Assembly (NCBI GenBank): GCA_038821645.1
Contig: JAWBDT010000012.1
Coordinates: 1-56,138 of the forward strand
Direction of reading: 5' to 3'
From: Ignisphaera sp.
GTDB taxonomy: Archaea > Thermoproteota > Thermoprotei_A > Sulfolobales > Ignisphaeraceae
Length of the DNA: 56,138 bases
In this document: piece after piece, positions 1 to 10,871 of the stretch
Layout of the letters: each line of letters begins with the position of its first letter
How positions within the stretch are numbered: position 1 is the stretch's first letter
The notes under the pieces: model-generated
What the model saw: only the letters and a program-made list of their open reading frames with translations
Told to the model about the DNA's origin: nothing
The model's database searches: none
Position numbers and translations under genes: made by a program

Positions 1-72
1 AAGAAGAATCTATCCAGAGAGTTTGTTAAAAATATATGGAGATTTCTCGTAGATAAAAATATATGTGGTTAA
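1..72 (+). CDS. 3' end of a gene entering the window (unknown product)
   Basis: Frame +1 is open from base 1 to TAA at 70-72 (KKNLSREFVKNIWRFLVDKNICG*), just upstream of the next gene. Confidence 0.35.
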   Translation, partial: KKNLSREFVKNIWRFLVDKNICG

Positions 73-130
73 ACAGTAAAGAGGTTAGATCCGTGTAGAG
101 ATAGAGCTATCAGTATCCAAAGGTGATTTT

Positions 131-1423
131 GTGAATCTTAGTGATATCAGAGTACGTAATGTAGTTAAGCGAATATATGATGAAGTGCACGGATATATAG
201 AGTTATCTGATATAGAGCTAGATATCGTGAATACCTCCATTTTTCAGAGACTTAGATATGTCAAACAGCTTGCAACCGCATGGTATGTGTATCCAGGTGC
301 AACACACACACGTTTTAGTCATAGCTTAGGTGCCATGCATATAGCAGGTCTTATAGCATCTAAATTCTATAGACTTGGATACATATATGATGTAGACGAT
401 ATACAGCTTCTACGTCTAGCTGCACTACTTCATGATGTAGGACATACACCTTTTAGTCACGCTATAGAACCGTTCTATAGACATAGACTCAACATAAATC
501 ATGAAGATATATCTAGGGTCATAATAAGTGAAAGTTCTGAATTGAGAGATGTGTTATCAAAACATGGTTTCGATTATAGAGAGATAATAGCTCTTTTAGA
601 GGGAAGATATAAAGAGCCTCTATATAATCAGCTTCTTTCTAGCGATATAGATATAGATAGAATGGACTACCTAATACGTGATGCACTCCATACCGGTGTA
701 ACATATGGAATGATAGACATACATAGAATAATAGCCACAATAACCGTTGACGGTGACGGAAATATAGCCATCCTCGATAAAGGTATAGATTCCATCGATA
801 ACTTCTATCTAGCCAGAATGCATATGTATAGAGCTGTATATTATCATAAAACACTTGTGGGATACGAGCTCATGCTTAGAAAAATCTATGAATACTTGTG
901 TAATAATTACTCAGATTCACTCCTATTTAAGTCTCTTCAAGATATAGCTAAATCGATTAGAAACGGCGATATAGCTTACTGGAACGATGAATGGCTCTCA
1001 GGATTAATGATCCAAGTATATAGGTCTAGGTCAGTACCTAAGGAGCTTATAGAACTTATAGACTCTTTTTTCAAAAGGAAAGGCTACAAAATAATTATAG
1101 ATAGATCAAGCTTTGGGAATACGCAGCTTGATGTTAGCAATGATGGCGATGTTCAGATGATACGACACACAACTTCTATTGCAAGAGGTATAGTTGAGGA
1201 ATACCAAATAGCACCCTTTGTTGATGACATAAAGATAATCGATGAAGATCCCCATATAGTACCCAGAATTATTTCAGGTAAGAAGTCTGTACCAATAACA
1301 ATGACCGAAACAAGCATAGTAAAGTATATTCCACAAAGATATCACATAAAGAGATTATATGTTTTGAGTAGTGAATGGAATAAGGTATACAATACATTAA
1401 AATCTCGAGGCATAATTGAATGA
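131..1423 (+). CDS. HD-domain phosphohydrolase (dNTP triphosphohydrolase/SAMHD1-like family)
   Basis: Motifs FQRLRYVKQL, YPGATHTRFSHSLG, LLHDVGHTPFSH, DIDRMDYLIRD; GGTGA RBS before the GTG start. Confidence 0.9.
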   Translation: MNLSDIRVRNVVKRIYDEVHGYIELSDIELDIVNTSIFQRLRYVKQLATAWYVYPGATHTRFSHSLGAMHIAGLIASKFYRLGYIYDVDDIQLLRLAALLHDVGHTPFSHAIEPFYRHRLNINHEDISRVIISESSELRDVLSKHGFDYREIIALLEGRYKEPLYNQLLSSDIDIDRMDYLIRDALHTGVTYGMIDIHRIIATITVDGDGNIAILDKGIDSIDNFYLARMHMYRAVYYHKTLVGYELMLRKIYEYLCNNYSDSLLFKSLQDIAKSIRNGDIAYWNDEWLSGLMIQVYRSRSVPKELIELIDSFFKRKGYKIIIDRSSFGNTQLDVSNDGDVQMIRHTTSIARGIVEEYQIAPFVDDIKIIDEDPHIVPRIISGKKSVPITMTETSIVKYIPQRYHIKRLYVLSSEWNKVYNTLKSRGIIE

Positions 1424-2256
1424 TTAGATTTGTAGGACTAGGATTATCATTAGAGCAACTAGCTATAGGAGCTATATTCAGACTCTTAAAATGTAGAAAA
1501 GTCTACATCGATATATACACAAATCTATGGTTTCCCTCGGTAGAGGAACTCGCCAGAATTTTAAAGGAACACGGTATTGATGTAGTTATGGCTTGTAGAG
1601 AAGATCTCGAAGGTTATGGTATATCTAAGATCGTGAAAGAAGCTTCTGAATCTGATGTCTGTATAGCTACAGCTGGAGACCCCATGATAGCAACAACACA
1701 TATAGCTATAGCAGTTGAAGCTGCAAGAAATGGTGTGGAGCTAGAGATTTTTCCTTCTACATCCATACTCAATACTGCGATATCTTTAAGCTGTTTACAG
1801 ATGTACAGATTTGGAAAAACTGTAACAGTAGTTAGACCAAAAAATGGTGTAGTATATGAGTATCCCATACATGTTATAAAGATTAATAGATCTCTTGGTC
1901 TACATACACTAATTCTCCTAGAAATAGATATAGAGAAAGACTACTTCATGACCCCTAAGGATGCTATAAATATCTTGTTAGATACTCAAAGACTATTAGG
2001 AGAGAAGGTACTGAGTGAGGACGATATAGTAGTAATACTAAAAGCCCTCGGCAGTCCTAAAGGTGAGATAAAAGTTAGAACCATCAAAGAGGTGCTTAAA
2101 GAGTATTTTGACAAAACTGTATACACATTAATCATACCAGCAAAAAATCTTCATCCAGTTGAAGAAGATTGTCTAAAGATTATTGAGAAACTCAAGATTC
2201 ATCATACAATGGATATGGATATATTCAAAAATATTGTCAAATTTATGGCTATCTAA
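1420..2256 (+). CDS. dph5: diphthine synthase
   Basis: Motifs GDPMIATTH, LQMYRFGKTVT, NRSLGLHTLILLEI; ATGA overlap with the upstream gene. Confidence 0.9.
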   Translation: MIRFVGLGLSLEQLAIGAIFRLLKCRKVYIDIYTNLWFPSVEELARILKEHGIDVVMACREDLEGYGISKIVKEASESDVCIATAGDPMIATTHIAIAVEAARNGVELEIFPSTSILNTAISLSCLQMYRFGKTVTVVRPKNGVVYEYPIHVIKINRSLGLHTLILLEIDIEKDYFMTPKDAINILLDTQRLLGEKVLSEDDIVVILKALGSPKGEIKVRTIKEVLKEYFDKTVYTLIIPAKNLHPVEEDCLKIIEKLKIHHTMDMDIFKNIVKFMAI

Positions 2257-2339
2257 GTCCAGCATCGATCATAACATTAATTTTAATTAAAGAGAGAAAT
2301 ATTAATAAACCTAGACTTTCAGCATTTTCTGTTGAACAA

Positions 2340-2414
<75 letters not shown>

Positions 2415-2529
2415 TAGAGATACTATTTTGGACATTAGGATATGTAGAGATCTTTGTATGTAGCGATACAGTATTTTGAATATTATGTATTAAACTATTT
2501 GAATATTTCCTATCGAGAGATATAGGTAT

Positions 2530-3639
2530 TTATTTGAGTAGACTTAAAACTGCTTTAATCAATATTCTTTCATGGTGATCATAATAATACTCGTTACCTA
2601 TGTCTATCGATACTTTTCTAAAGATTTTTGCCCAGTTCATGTTGATTTTGCTAAAGGTTTTGTGTAGAATGTTGTAGACTCTATATTGTTTCTTAAGCTC
2701 ATTAATCAACATCTTTACATTCTCTTTAATAAAGTCATTTCTATGTATGTTTTCTCCATAGATTTTTGATAGAATAGATATAGCATAGAGTCCACCACCG
2801 CTAACACTTTTTACAGCTCCAATAGCATCACCAATGCCTAGAATACCTTTTTTTACGATATCTATTGGGTATCCCCTTAAAACAGCTCCACCATAACTGT
2901 TACCCATATTTGTTATCTCTATACCGAGTTTTTTCTCAAAAAATTTCATATACATATGGATACTGTTAAGAACTTCTCCACTATGTAACGCTACACCTAC
3001 TACGGCTTTTCTATCCGATATAGGTACAAACCATCCAAATTCAGATAAAAATCTTTTAAATGATGTAGCAACATATAGGTTATCTATAGCCAAGTTATTG
3101 GACTTTCTACTAAAAAATACCTCTACTTGAAATCCTTTTAAGCATTCTTTATAAGATTTTAATCCAACTAATCCAGCTAATCTAGAGGGAAAACCTTCTG
3201 CAATAACTATAACATCGTATAAGTCATTCTCAATGCTTTTGCCTATAGACGTTACACGGACTTTTTCATTAACCTTCTCTACATTAGTAACATTAGTATT
3301 GAATCTAACTTCAATACCTCTATCTCTAACTCTGTCGATTAAGTAAAATTCATGAGCAACTCTATCAATTTTATAGATAGCATCTTTCTCTAGATACATA
3401 TTGAAGTCTATTCCCTCAAGCATCATTACGTTAATTGCACTATAGCTATTCACAATAAACTTATCAGCAAAGGGTATACGTCTCAATGTACTCCTCGAAA
3501 CAAGACCAGTACAATGTATCCTTGGAGATACGTCCTTTCTTTTCTCAAAAATATCTATTCTATATATTCTTCTATTTCTTGATAAAGTATACCCTGTCAG
3601 AAGACCTGAGATCCCTGCTCCAACTACTGCTACATCCAT
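2530..3639 (-). CDS. geranylgeranyl reductase family FAD-dependent oxidoreductase
   Basis: N-terminal VVGAGISG dinucleotide motif, HCTGLVS, FGWFVP, IGDAIGAVKSVSGGGL. Confidence 0.8.
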   Translation of the reverse strand: MDVAVVGAGISGLLTGYTLSRNRRIYRIDIFEKRKDVSPRIHCTGLVSRSTLRRIPFADKFIVNSYSAINVMMLEGIDFNMYLEKDAIYKIDRVAHEFYLIDRVRDRGIEVRFNTNVTNVEKVNEKVRVTSIGKSIENDLYDVIVIAEGFPSRLAGLVGLKSYKECLKGFQVEVFFSRKSNNLAIDNLYVATSFKRFLSEFGWFVPISDRKAVVGVALHSGEVLNSIHMYMKFFEKKLGIEITNMGNSYGGAVLRGYPIDIVKKGILGIGDAIGAVKSVSGGGLYAISILSKIYGENIHRNDFIKENVKMLINELKKQYRVYNILHKTFSKINMNWAKIFRKVSIDIGNEYYYDHHERILIKAVLSLLK

Positions 3640-4291
3640 ATGAACACCTTAGGCGTAACTGCCTATCTATTTGGAACAAGGTATTGTGAAACTATATGTT
3701 GATATACACTTAGTTGAACATAGAGTTACACTACTATAAGAACGTTATTTAATTTGTGTATTTGGTTAATATTGATAATACATTAATATAGGTTATTACG
3801 GTATGGTTTAGTCTCTTGTGTAAAGGGTTTTGCATATTGTTTTGGGTTTCTCAATTTCTTCAGAGAATTCGAATAATCTTGAGATCTATTAGACAAAGAC
3901 CTTAAAAACATTCTTCATATGCATCCTAGTTGTTAAATTTATGGTAACAGTCCTAGGAACCTCTCGATATTTTGTCTTCGCTATATCATATGGTTTAGGT
4001 ATAATGATAATGATGCAGCAGTATGGGAAACTTATTTATGAATCTCGTATCCAAGCCTTTGTATGCTAAGCTTAATGTTACATTATAGTAATTCTTAGTT
4101 TAATACTCTATGATCGATAGATGTCTCTATAATCTCTATAGCTTTCTCAACATCTTTCATTACTCACTATTGGTTTAGCTAAATTATATAGCTGATGTTT
4201 TGAATCAGAGTATATATCATTGCCATTTCTCCTAATATTTAATCGTATGATAATTCACTAAATCGTTGTATTAATTTTGTTACATACAATT

Positions 4292-4783
4292 CTAGCTATA
4301 TGTAAAACATTTAGCTATATCTTCTAATAGACTCTTAACCTCAGGAGACATCTCTAAGCCTATCTCTAGATTCTTAACAGGTATAGCTATGAATATGATC
4401 TCGATATTGCTTAGGTTATCCTTTAGGTATCTTACTACTATGTTTATAGGTATATAATGGGATGATATTGAAATTCCGTGAATATCCTCCAATTCGTCTA
4501 CTGATAGAATGACTATACCATTTGGTTCAGCTCCTTCTATTATAGCAGCATCAAATATAGCTAGTTTCGTTAGTTTTTTCTCAATTATTTCATGTACACA
4601 ATTTTCAAGTCCGTGTTCACATGATATAGTAGTAATATTGTATCTATTGATGATCTTGCATAGTTCTAAAGCTACTCTATCATCTGATCTTAGGTATGTT
4701 CCTATACATATAATTGTGTATGAGTTCTTTATTATATTGTCTATGAGTTTACATATATCTTTTCTTTTAACTATTTCTACCAT
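4292..4783 (-). CDS. hycI: hydrogenase maturation endopeptidase (HycI type)
   Basis: CIGTYLRSDD, IFDAA and SSHYIP match the GNxLRxDD/DAA/STH motifs; in an operon with hypA. Confidence 0.8.
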   Translation of the reverse strand: MVEIVKRKDICKLIDNIIKNSYTIICIGTYLRSDDRVALELCKIINRYNITTISCEHGLENCVHEIIEKKLTKLAIFDAAIIEGAEPNGIVILSVDELEDIHGISISSHYIPINIVVRYLKDNLSNIEIIFIAIPVKNLEIGLEMSPEVKSLLEDIAKCFTYS

Positions 4784-4789
4784 ATGTTT

Positions 4790-5536
4790 TCATCTGGTTC
4801 TCAATACCTCTACTACTTTCATAAGATGTTGCTTAAATAATTCATATATTGTGTCTATACATCCATATAGTTTATCAAATCCATCTATTTTCGGTATACA
4901 AGCTATGATATCAACTCCCTGTAGATATGTTTCCAAGATGCTCGTATCATCATCTTTACACATATTTCCTACAATACCTAGAATATCTATACCTTCACTA
5001 CTTAGGAGTTCAATTAATCTACTTGCTGAGTGCAAGGAGAGCTTATCTGTTGTTGATACAATGAGAGGCTTAATATTGCTTTGTATGCGCATCAAGTCCA
5101 TGACTTCATCTGAAAATCCTGGAGGTGTATCTACAATCAATACTTTGCCACTCCATCTAGTGATTGCTAAGATTTCTAGAATAGCATTAGATATATCTCT
5201 ACCTCTTAATGGTACAAGCTTATCTCCTGTAAATAGAGCTATAGACATGAACTCGAGTCTAGAACCAAATAACTTTATAGGAAGTATTCCCTTATCTTCT
5301 TCTATCTTTAGTGAACCAGTATCTATCCCCAAAATGATATGAGTTGTTGGATTATTGATATCTAGGTCCAATAGAGATACCGTTTCAAAGTCGTCAGTTA
5401 ATACTAGAGAAAGAGCTGTAGCTATTGTGGACTTACCTACACCTCCCTTAGGACTTAGTACTGGAACTACATACTTAAATATGGATAACCTATTTGAAGC
5501 TAAGAAGATTCTAGGGTCTATGGTCATAGATATCAA
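4790..5536 (-). CDS. hypB: Mrp/MinD-family ATPase-type HypB (Thermococcales-like Ni maturation ATPase)
   Basis: IDPR N-terminus, KGGVGKST, PLRGRDISNAILEILAITRW, DTPPG; lacks the CxxC of Fe-S carriers; overlaps hypA. Confidence 0.75.
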   Translation of the reverse strand: MISMTIDPRIFLASNRLSIFKYVVPVLSPKGGVGKSTIATALSLVLTDDFETVSLLDLDINNPTTHIILGIDTGSLKIEEDKGILPIKLFGSRLEFMSIALFTGDKLVPLRGRDISNAILEILAITRWSGKVLIVDTPPGFSDEVMDLMRIQSNIKPLIVSTTDKLSLHSASRLIELLSSEGIDILGIVGNMCKDDDTSILETYLQGVDIIACIPKIDGFDKLYGCIDTIYELFKQHLMKVVEVLRTR

Positions 5537-5934
5537 CTTATCTCGATAGCTATACCTCGTCCACCAATGATGCTGAAGTCATGTGAACCGCATTGAGGAC
5601 ATGAGATATATACGTGAATTACTTCTGGAATGAAGTGAATAGACTCTTTAACAGATTCATCAAGAATATCTAGAACTGGTCTCCATCTATAGCCACATCT
5701 AGAGCACTGTAAAACTACACTCTCTTCCTCAAAAACAATATTGTCAACAATAATACCTAGAGAATCTTTAGCCAATTTAAGTAACTCGTCAAGAGCGTAC
5801 TTAAGTATCTCTCTATCTACTTGTTGCAATTCTCCCAAAATTATCTTGAGCATACCGAATTTGTTGACACCAGCTTCTTTAGCTCTTCTTGCTAATGCTT
5901 CTATGATTCCTTCGGCTAATGCCCACTCATGCAT
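5533..5934 (-). CDS. hypA: hydrogenase nickel incorporation protein HypA
   Basis: MHEWALA start, LGELQQVD, two CxxC zinc motifs (CSRC, CPQC). Confidence 0.93.
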   Translation of the reverse strand: MHEWALAEGIIEALARRAKEAGVNKFGMLKIILGELQQVDREILKYALDELLKLAKDSLGIIVDNIVFEEESVVLQCSRCGYRWRPVLDILDESVKESIHFIPEVIHVYISCPQCGSHDFSIIGGRGIAIEIS

Positions 5935-5989
5935 AGTTTTCACCATCTTTGTTTCTAACTACATTAATTAGCTAAATTAAGCTATCAGG

Positions 5990-6670
5990 TTACGTTAGAG
6001 CATACACATCATTCTTAGTGTAGCTGAATATATACTCAATAGTGTTATACAAAAAGTTCTGTATATCAATGACTCGCAAAACTATATCGTTATCAGTTTC
6101 TACTTCTGAGTCTATAGTGAATGTCACTTCAGAAATATCATCATATAGAAGTGTTACCATGATACTGTACATTTTTAAATGTTTACCTACAGTTTTTCCA
6201 CGAACTAAAACAATAGTTATGTTATCGATATGGTGTTTCTCTTTAGCTTCGATAACCACTCCCAAGCTTAATAACGACTTCATAAGCTTATCTATATTAA
6301 TATGATCTATCTTGAATGTACTCCTTAGAGAAAGCTGGATATCCCCAAAAGATTTGCTGAACTTGCTGAAGGTTTTATCAAGATTGTGGAAAATATCTTG
6401 AATGAATCGTAGAGCTGATGTCGAAAAAGGATTAACTAAGTCAAAGATTATACTGAGATGTAGCTCATGAGAAGTATTTATGAATAACCTAACCTCGAAG
6501 TTACTACCTATTACAAATATGTGTGAACACATCGGCTTCTCATATACTATAGATACAGATTCATCTTTGAACATCTTAAAAAGAGCATAACATACATCAT
6601 CTAGACCATGTGGATCTACAAGATATTTCCTAGATAAGCTTATTACATTATTGAAATGTTGAACGATCAT
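5990..6670 (-). CDS. hypothetical protein
   Basis: 226-aa ORF filling the gap in a co-oriented gene run; no recognised motif. Confidence 0.6.
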   Translation of the reverse strand: MIVQHFNNVISLSRKYLVDPHGLDDVCYALFKMFKDESVSIVYEKPMCSHIFVIGSNFEVRLFINTSHELHLSIIFDLVNPFSTSALRFIQDIFHNLDKTFSKFSKSFGDIQLSLRSTFKIDHINIDKLMKSLLSLGVVIEAKEKHHIDNITIVLVRGKTVGKHLKMYSIMVTLLYDDISEVTFTIDSEVETDNDIVLRVIDIQNFLYNTIEYIFSYTKNDVYALT

Positions 6671-6696
6671 AGAGCTTTCCTAATTAATTTACTCAC

Positions 6697-7239
6697 TTAA
6701 CCACTAGATTTGAATTGTGAAAATAGATTTATAGCTGTTTCTATGAATTTCTCACCATCTATTACTGCTATACCTTTAGATGGAATTCCATAGACAATAT
6801 AAGTAATTTTATAAGGATTTAAAGCCACAGCTAGTGCTAAAAGATCTTCTTCACCATTTACTATAACTAAACATTGACGATGTGAATTGATCATATTATT
6901 CAATACATCAAGACATTCTTGAGAGATTGTGCCTGGAGGATTTGAACAACGAGTTACACAATCGTAGCACTCCATAATTTCAGCTGCATAATTTACATAC
7001 ATTCTGAGGGATTTCCCGTCAATTACACATATTCTTGGTATACCAACAAACTTAAGAAAAGTATGACAAACAGTATCTCCGATAACAGCTACCCTATGTA
7101 AATCACAATACAGCTTAGCTCTTAGCGAAAGACCTACATATTCTTTAGAACCTATCATAACAGTTAATGAGTCTTTGGCATAAACATGCAATTCTGCCAA
7201 AATCTTCCTTAGATTATTTGGAAGAATATAAAGTCTCAT
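6697..7239 (-). CDS. GTP-dependent dephospho-CoA kinase (DUF359 family)
   Basis: IGDTV, IDGKSLR, NPPGTIS, VNGEEDLLAL, YGIPSKG. Confidence 0.85.
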   Translation of the reverse strand: MRLYILPNNLRKILAELHVYAKDSLTVMIGSKEYVGLSLRAKLYCDLHRVAVIGDTVCHTFLKFVGIPRICVIDGKSLRMYVNYAAEIMECYDCVTRCSNPPGTISQECLDVLNNMINSHRQCLVIVNGEEDLLALAVALNPYKITYIVYGIPSKGIAVIDGEKFIETAINLFSQFKSSG

Positions 7240-7255
7240 CTCTACTTCTCTTTAT

Positions 7256-10246
7256 TTACAGCTCTATGGCTATATATGTCTTCTGATCTTCTATATCGAA
7301 TTCTATGGAGTTACTAGGTCTCGAAGCTACTAATACTACTTCCTTAGCTCTTGTTTCTCTAGCTATATAGTCTCTAAATTTAGCTACAGCTTTGTGTATA
7401 GCTTCAGATTCTGTATATATAGATATTCTGTTGAGTATATAATCTACAGGAAGGTTTCTTTCCTTACGTAACATTTGAATCCTCCTAACAATATCTCTCA
7501 CAAACCCTTCATGCAGTAAATCCTCATCTACGGTAATGTCTACGTACCCTTTTAGGTACTTAAGGTCTATCTCGATTAATCCAGATGTATCTATACCTTC
7601 GGCACTGCTATAAACAAGTACTTCTTTAACATTAGCATATATTTTCATAACATCTATAGCCATCTCATAAAGGTTCTTATCAACATCATTTACTATTATC
7701 ATCACTCTCTTTAACGGCCATCGCCTCTTGATTCCATATTTAGATCTTATAGCTAGGATCTCTTCAGATAACCTAAATAATGTTGATACACATTCCCATA
7801 ACTTCTTATTGAGCAGATTTTCTGGAATTGTTGGAAGTACCTCGATATGAACACTTTCCTTAACTTCATCTTTTTTCGCATATCTTTTAGTAAATGCTTG
7901 ATACAAGTACTCCGATATATAAGGTGCAAAAGGTGCCAATACTTTGATGAGTGCTGTAAGCACCATGAATAATGTAGCATAAGCAGATCTTTTCTGTGGA
8001 GCTTCTTCTTCAAGCCAGACTCTAGGCCTTATAACGGTTATGTATTTGTGGCTCAATACATCAACTATGAAGTTCAATAACCTTCTTGTAGCTAAATGTA
8101 GATCTCCTGAAGTTATGTATTTATCAATATCGTTAATCATCATGTAGAGTTCGTATATGAACCAATAATCCTCTGCTTTAAGGTGTTTAAGGTCATCTTC
8201 TATTGATACAGTACTCCATTTGTCTAGATCCATATAAGTTTTAGCAAAATTAACTGAATTCCATAGTATATCTAGTATTCTCTTCATATCTTTAACTTCA
8301 TCAGGATCAAAGTTTATACTATCCCATGGAGCAGATTTAGATAATAGATACAGTCTTAGAGGGTCTGCACCACTTCTCTCCATAAACTCTAAAGCCCATA
8401 CAACATTACCTCTGCTTTTACTCATTTTCTTGCCATACTTATCTAGTACATGACCTTGACACAATACTGTCTTATAAGGTACTGCATTATGCATAATTAT
8501 AGATGTAAACAACAGGGTATAGAACCATCCTCTTGTTTGATCAACAGCTTCTGTAATCCAGTCATATGGAAACAGCTCATTGAATCGATGCTCTTCGTTT
8601 ATTTGTACTAGTGAAGCTGTGTGTGCTACACCACTATCCATCCATACATCCACTACATAAGGTTCCCTATACATATCGTTTCCACATCTAGGACATCTAA
8701 ACACAATTTTATCGATCCACGGTCTATGCACATCTTTTGGAGCTTCACCTGTTTTTGAAAGCTTCTTTATTTCTTCAATACTTTCTACAGCAACCCTATA
8801 TCCACAGAAGCTACATGTCCATATGGGCAGAGGTGTACCCCAATATCTCTCTCTAGATATACACCAGTCTCTAGCATTCTCTATCCAATCAGAAAATCTT
8901 TTCCCCGCCCACTCAGGATACCATGTAACCTTTTCGTTCTCACGCAACATGATACGCTTAATAGGCTCTATCTTTATAAACCACTGTTTATCTGCATAGA
9001 ACATTAGTGGTGTTTCACATCTCCAACAATGCGGATATTCATGTTGAAGAATCCCCACATGTACGACAAGATTCTTTCTTCTTAGATCTTCAATTACAAC
9101 GCTATTGGCTTCCTTAAACCATAGTCCTCTATATTTGCCAGCCAATTCATTAAAAACACCATTTTTCTGTAGACTGTTGAATACATTTATACCATATTTT
9201 TTACATAATTCAAAATCTTCGGGACCATGGGCAGGAGCTATATGTACTATACCTGTCCCTTCTTCCATGCTAACCCAATCAGCTAACAAAATTCTGTGGT
9301 TCAGAGGTTCATGATCTATATGTGCAGGAACTTCTTCTAGTAATGGATGAATATACTTCTTATTAAATAGTTGCGAACCTTTAAGTGCTTCAATAATCTC
9401 ATAACCATTTATTTTTGCTTCAGAGATTAATGCTCTTAATCTCTTCTCAGCTACAATCCATATCTCATTCCCTACCCTAAGCTTTAGATATATCTCATTT
9501 GGATTAACAGCTATAGCTTCATTATCTATAATAGTCCAGGGGGTTGTTGTCCATGCTATAAGGTATGTATTTTCTTCGTCAACTAGCTTCACTTTAAAGA
9601 AGAGACTAGGATCCTCTACTGTGTTATATCCTTGAGCTACTTCATGAGAACTTAGTGCTGTTTCACATCTAGGGCATATTGGTACAACCCTAAAATCCTC
9701 GTATAAATAACCTTTTTCCCATGCTTTTTTCAGAAATCTCCATACAACCTCTATGTATTTGGGATTTCTCGTTTCATAAGCATTATCGTAATCTAGCCAT
9801 AGTCCAAGTCTTTCACTACCTTTTCTCCACTGACTTATATAGAAGTCCACAATTTTCTGACACTCTTGAACGAATCTATCAACACCATAAACCTCTATAT
9901 CCTTTTTCGTCTTAAACCTCAAGTTTCTCTCAACTTCAAGTTCTACGGGTAGTCCTTGAGTATCCCATCCAGCTTGATCCCATACACAATAGTCCTTGAG
10001 TCTAGCGTATCGAAGTACAACATCTTTATATGTACGCCCTCTGGCATGTCCTACATGCATGAATCCATTAGTTGTTGGAGGACCTTCGAGGAATCTGAAT
10101 AACTTCTTATTATCATTTCTGCATTTTTCTTTTTTGACTTTCTCATATATTCTATGTTGTTTCCAGAAATCCATCACCCATTTCTCTACAGATATAGGGT
10201 CATAGCGCCCCTTTATAGATGGTGATACTAATTCTTCTAAAGACAA
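7256..10246 (-). CDS. ileS: isoleucyl-tRNA synthetase
   Basis: EGPP..HVGH, AWTTTPWT, GTGIVHIAPAHG, DWCISRERYWG, DQTRGWF, KMSKS. Confidence 0.97.
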   Translation of the reverse strand: MSLEELVSPSIKGRYDPISVEKWVMDFWKQHRIYEKVKKEKCRNDNKKLFRFLEGPPTTNGFMHVGHARGRTYKDVVLRYARLKDYCVWDQAGWDTQGLPVELEVERNLRFKTKKDIEVYGVDRFVQECQKIVDFYISQWRKGSERLGLWLDYDNAYETRNPKYIEVVWRFLKKAWEKGYLYEDFRVVPICPRCETALSSHEVAQGYNTVEDPSLFFKVKLVDEENTYLIAWTTTPWTIIDNEAIAVNPNEIYLKLRVGNEIWIVAEKRLRALISEAKINGYEIIEALKGSQLFNKKYIHPLLEEVPAHIDHEPLNHRILLADWVSMEEGTGIVHIAPAHGPEDFELCKKYGINVFNSLQKNGVFNELAGKYRGLWFKEANSVVIEDLRRKNLVVHVGILQHEYPHCWRCETPLMFYADKQWFIKIEPIKRIMLRENEKVTWYPEWAGKRFSDWIENARDWCISRERYWGTPLPIWTCSFCGYRVAVESIEEIKKLSKTGEAPKDVHRPWIDKIVFRCPRCGNDMYREPYVVDVWMDSGVAHTASLVQINEEHRFNELFPYDWITEAVDQTRGWFYTLLFTSIIMHNAVPYKTVLCQGHVLDKYGKKMSKSRGNVVWALEFMERSGADPLRLYLLSKSAPWDSINFDPDEVKDMKRILDILWNSVNFAKTYMDLDKWSTVSIEDDLKHLKAEDYWFIYELYMMINDIDKYITSGDLHLATRRLLNFIVDVLSHKYITVIRPRVWLEEEAPQKRSAYATLFMVLTALIKVLAPFAPYISEYLYQAFTKRYAKKDEVKESVHIEVLPTIPENLLNKKLWECVSTLFRLSEEILAIRSKYGIKRRWPLKRVMIIVNDVDKNLYEMAIDVMKIYANVKEVLVYSSAEGIDTSGLIEIDLKYLKGYVDITVDEDLLHEGFVRDIVRRIQMLRKERNLPVDYILNRISIYTESEAIHKAVAKFRDYIARETRAKEVVLVASRPSNSIEFDIEDQKTYIAIEL

Positions 10247-10330
10247 TGTACATCCACTTCAATCAGCTACACTAGGTATTGTATTTTACCAATTGTGAGC
10301 GAAACTTTATAAAGCTTATTTATATCGCGT

Positions 10331-10696
10331 CTAGCATACCTTTGAACCTGGTTCTACAGGTTCCAATACCGTTAATATACTTGGTTTACCTTTACTACAC
10401 GTAGCTAGAATCATTCCTTGACTCTCATAACCCATTAACTTTCTAGGTTTCAAATTAGCTACAACAATGACATATTTGTTAACAAGATCTTCAGGATTGT
10501 ACCATTCAGCTAGACCAGCTATAATTTGTCTTACTTCTGAACCTAGATCTACAATCAGTTTTATCAACTTCTTTGAACCTGGTACATGTTCAGCATTTCT
10601 AATTAAACCAACCCTTAAATCTATTTTCTTGAAAAACTCTATATCAATCAACTCATACACATCACTTTTATCTTCAATGATTCGATTGGTGCTCAT
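10331..10696 (-). CDS. tRNA-binding OB-fold protein (Trbp111/CsaA/MetG C-terminal-like)
   Basis: IDLRVG, RQIIAGL, VANLKPRKLMGYESQGMIL. Confidence 0.9.
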   Translation of the reverse strand: MSTNRIIEDKSDVYELIDIEFFKKIDLRVGLIRNAEHVPGSKKLIKLIVDLGSEVRQIIAGLAEWYNPEDLVNKYVIVVANLKPRKLMGYESQGMILATCSKGKPSILTVLEPVEPGSKVC

Positions 10697-10871
10697 CTAC
10701 TTCACCTACACACATTAATCACAATAGACAAATAAATGTTTTAAACACAAAATTTGACAACTCAAGTTTATCTATGTTTCAATATACAAATTGTATAGAC
10801 TTTAATTTTGATTAAACTACTCTTGATTAAACCATCATTTTTAAAACCTACTCCACAACTACGAGCTACCG

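Noticed and set aside
4509-5342. 277-aa plus-strand ORF, and similar antisense ORFs such as 30506-31195, 31309-31896 and 37729-38208
   Set aside because: Antisense shadows of well-supported genes
10808-10832. Direct repeat TTGATTAAAC x2 upstream of tRNA-Pro
   Set aside because: Only 10 bp, AT-rich, two copies; indistinguishable from chance
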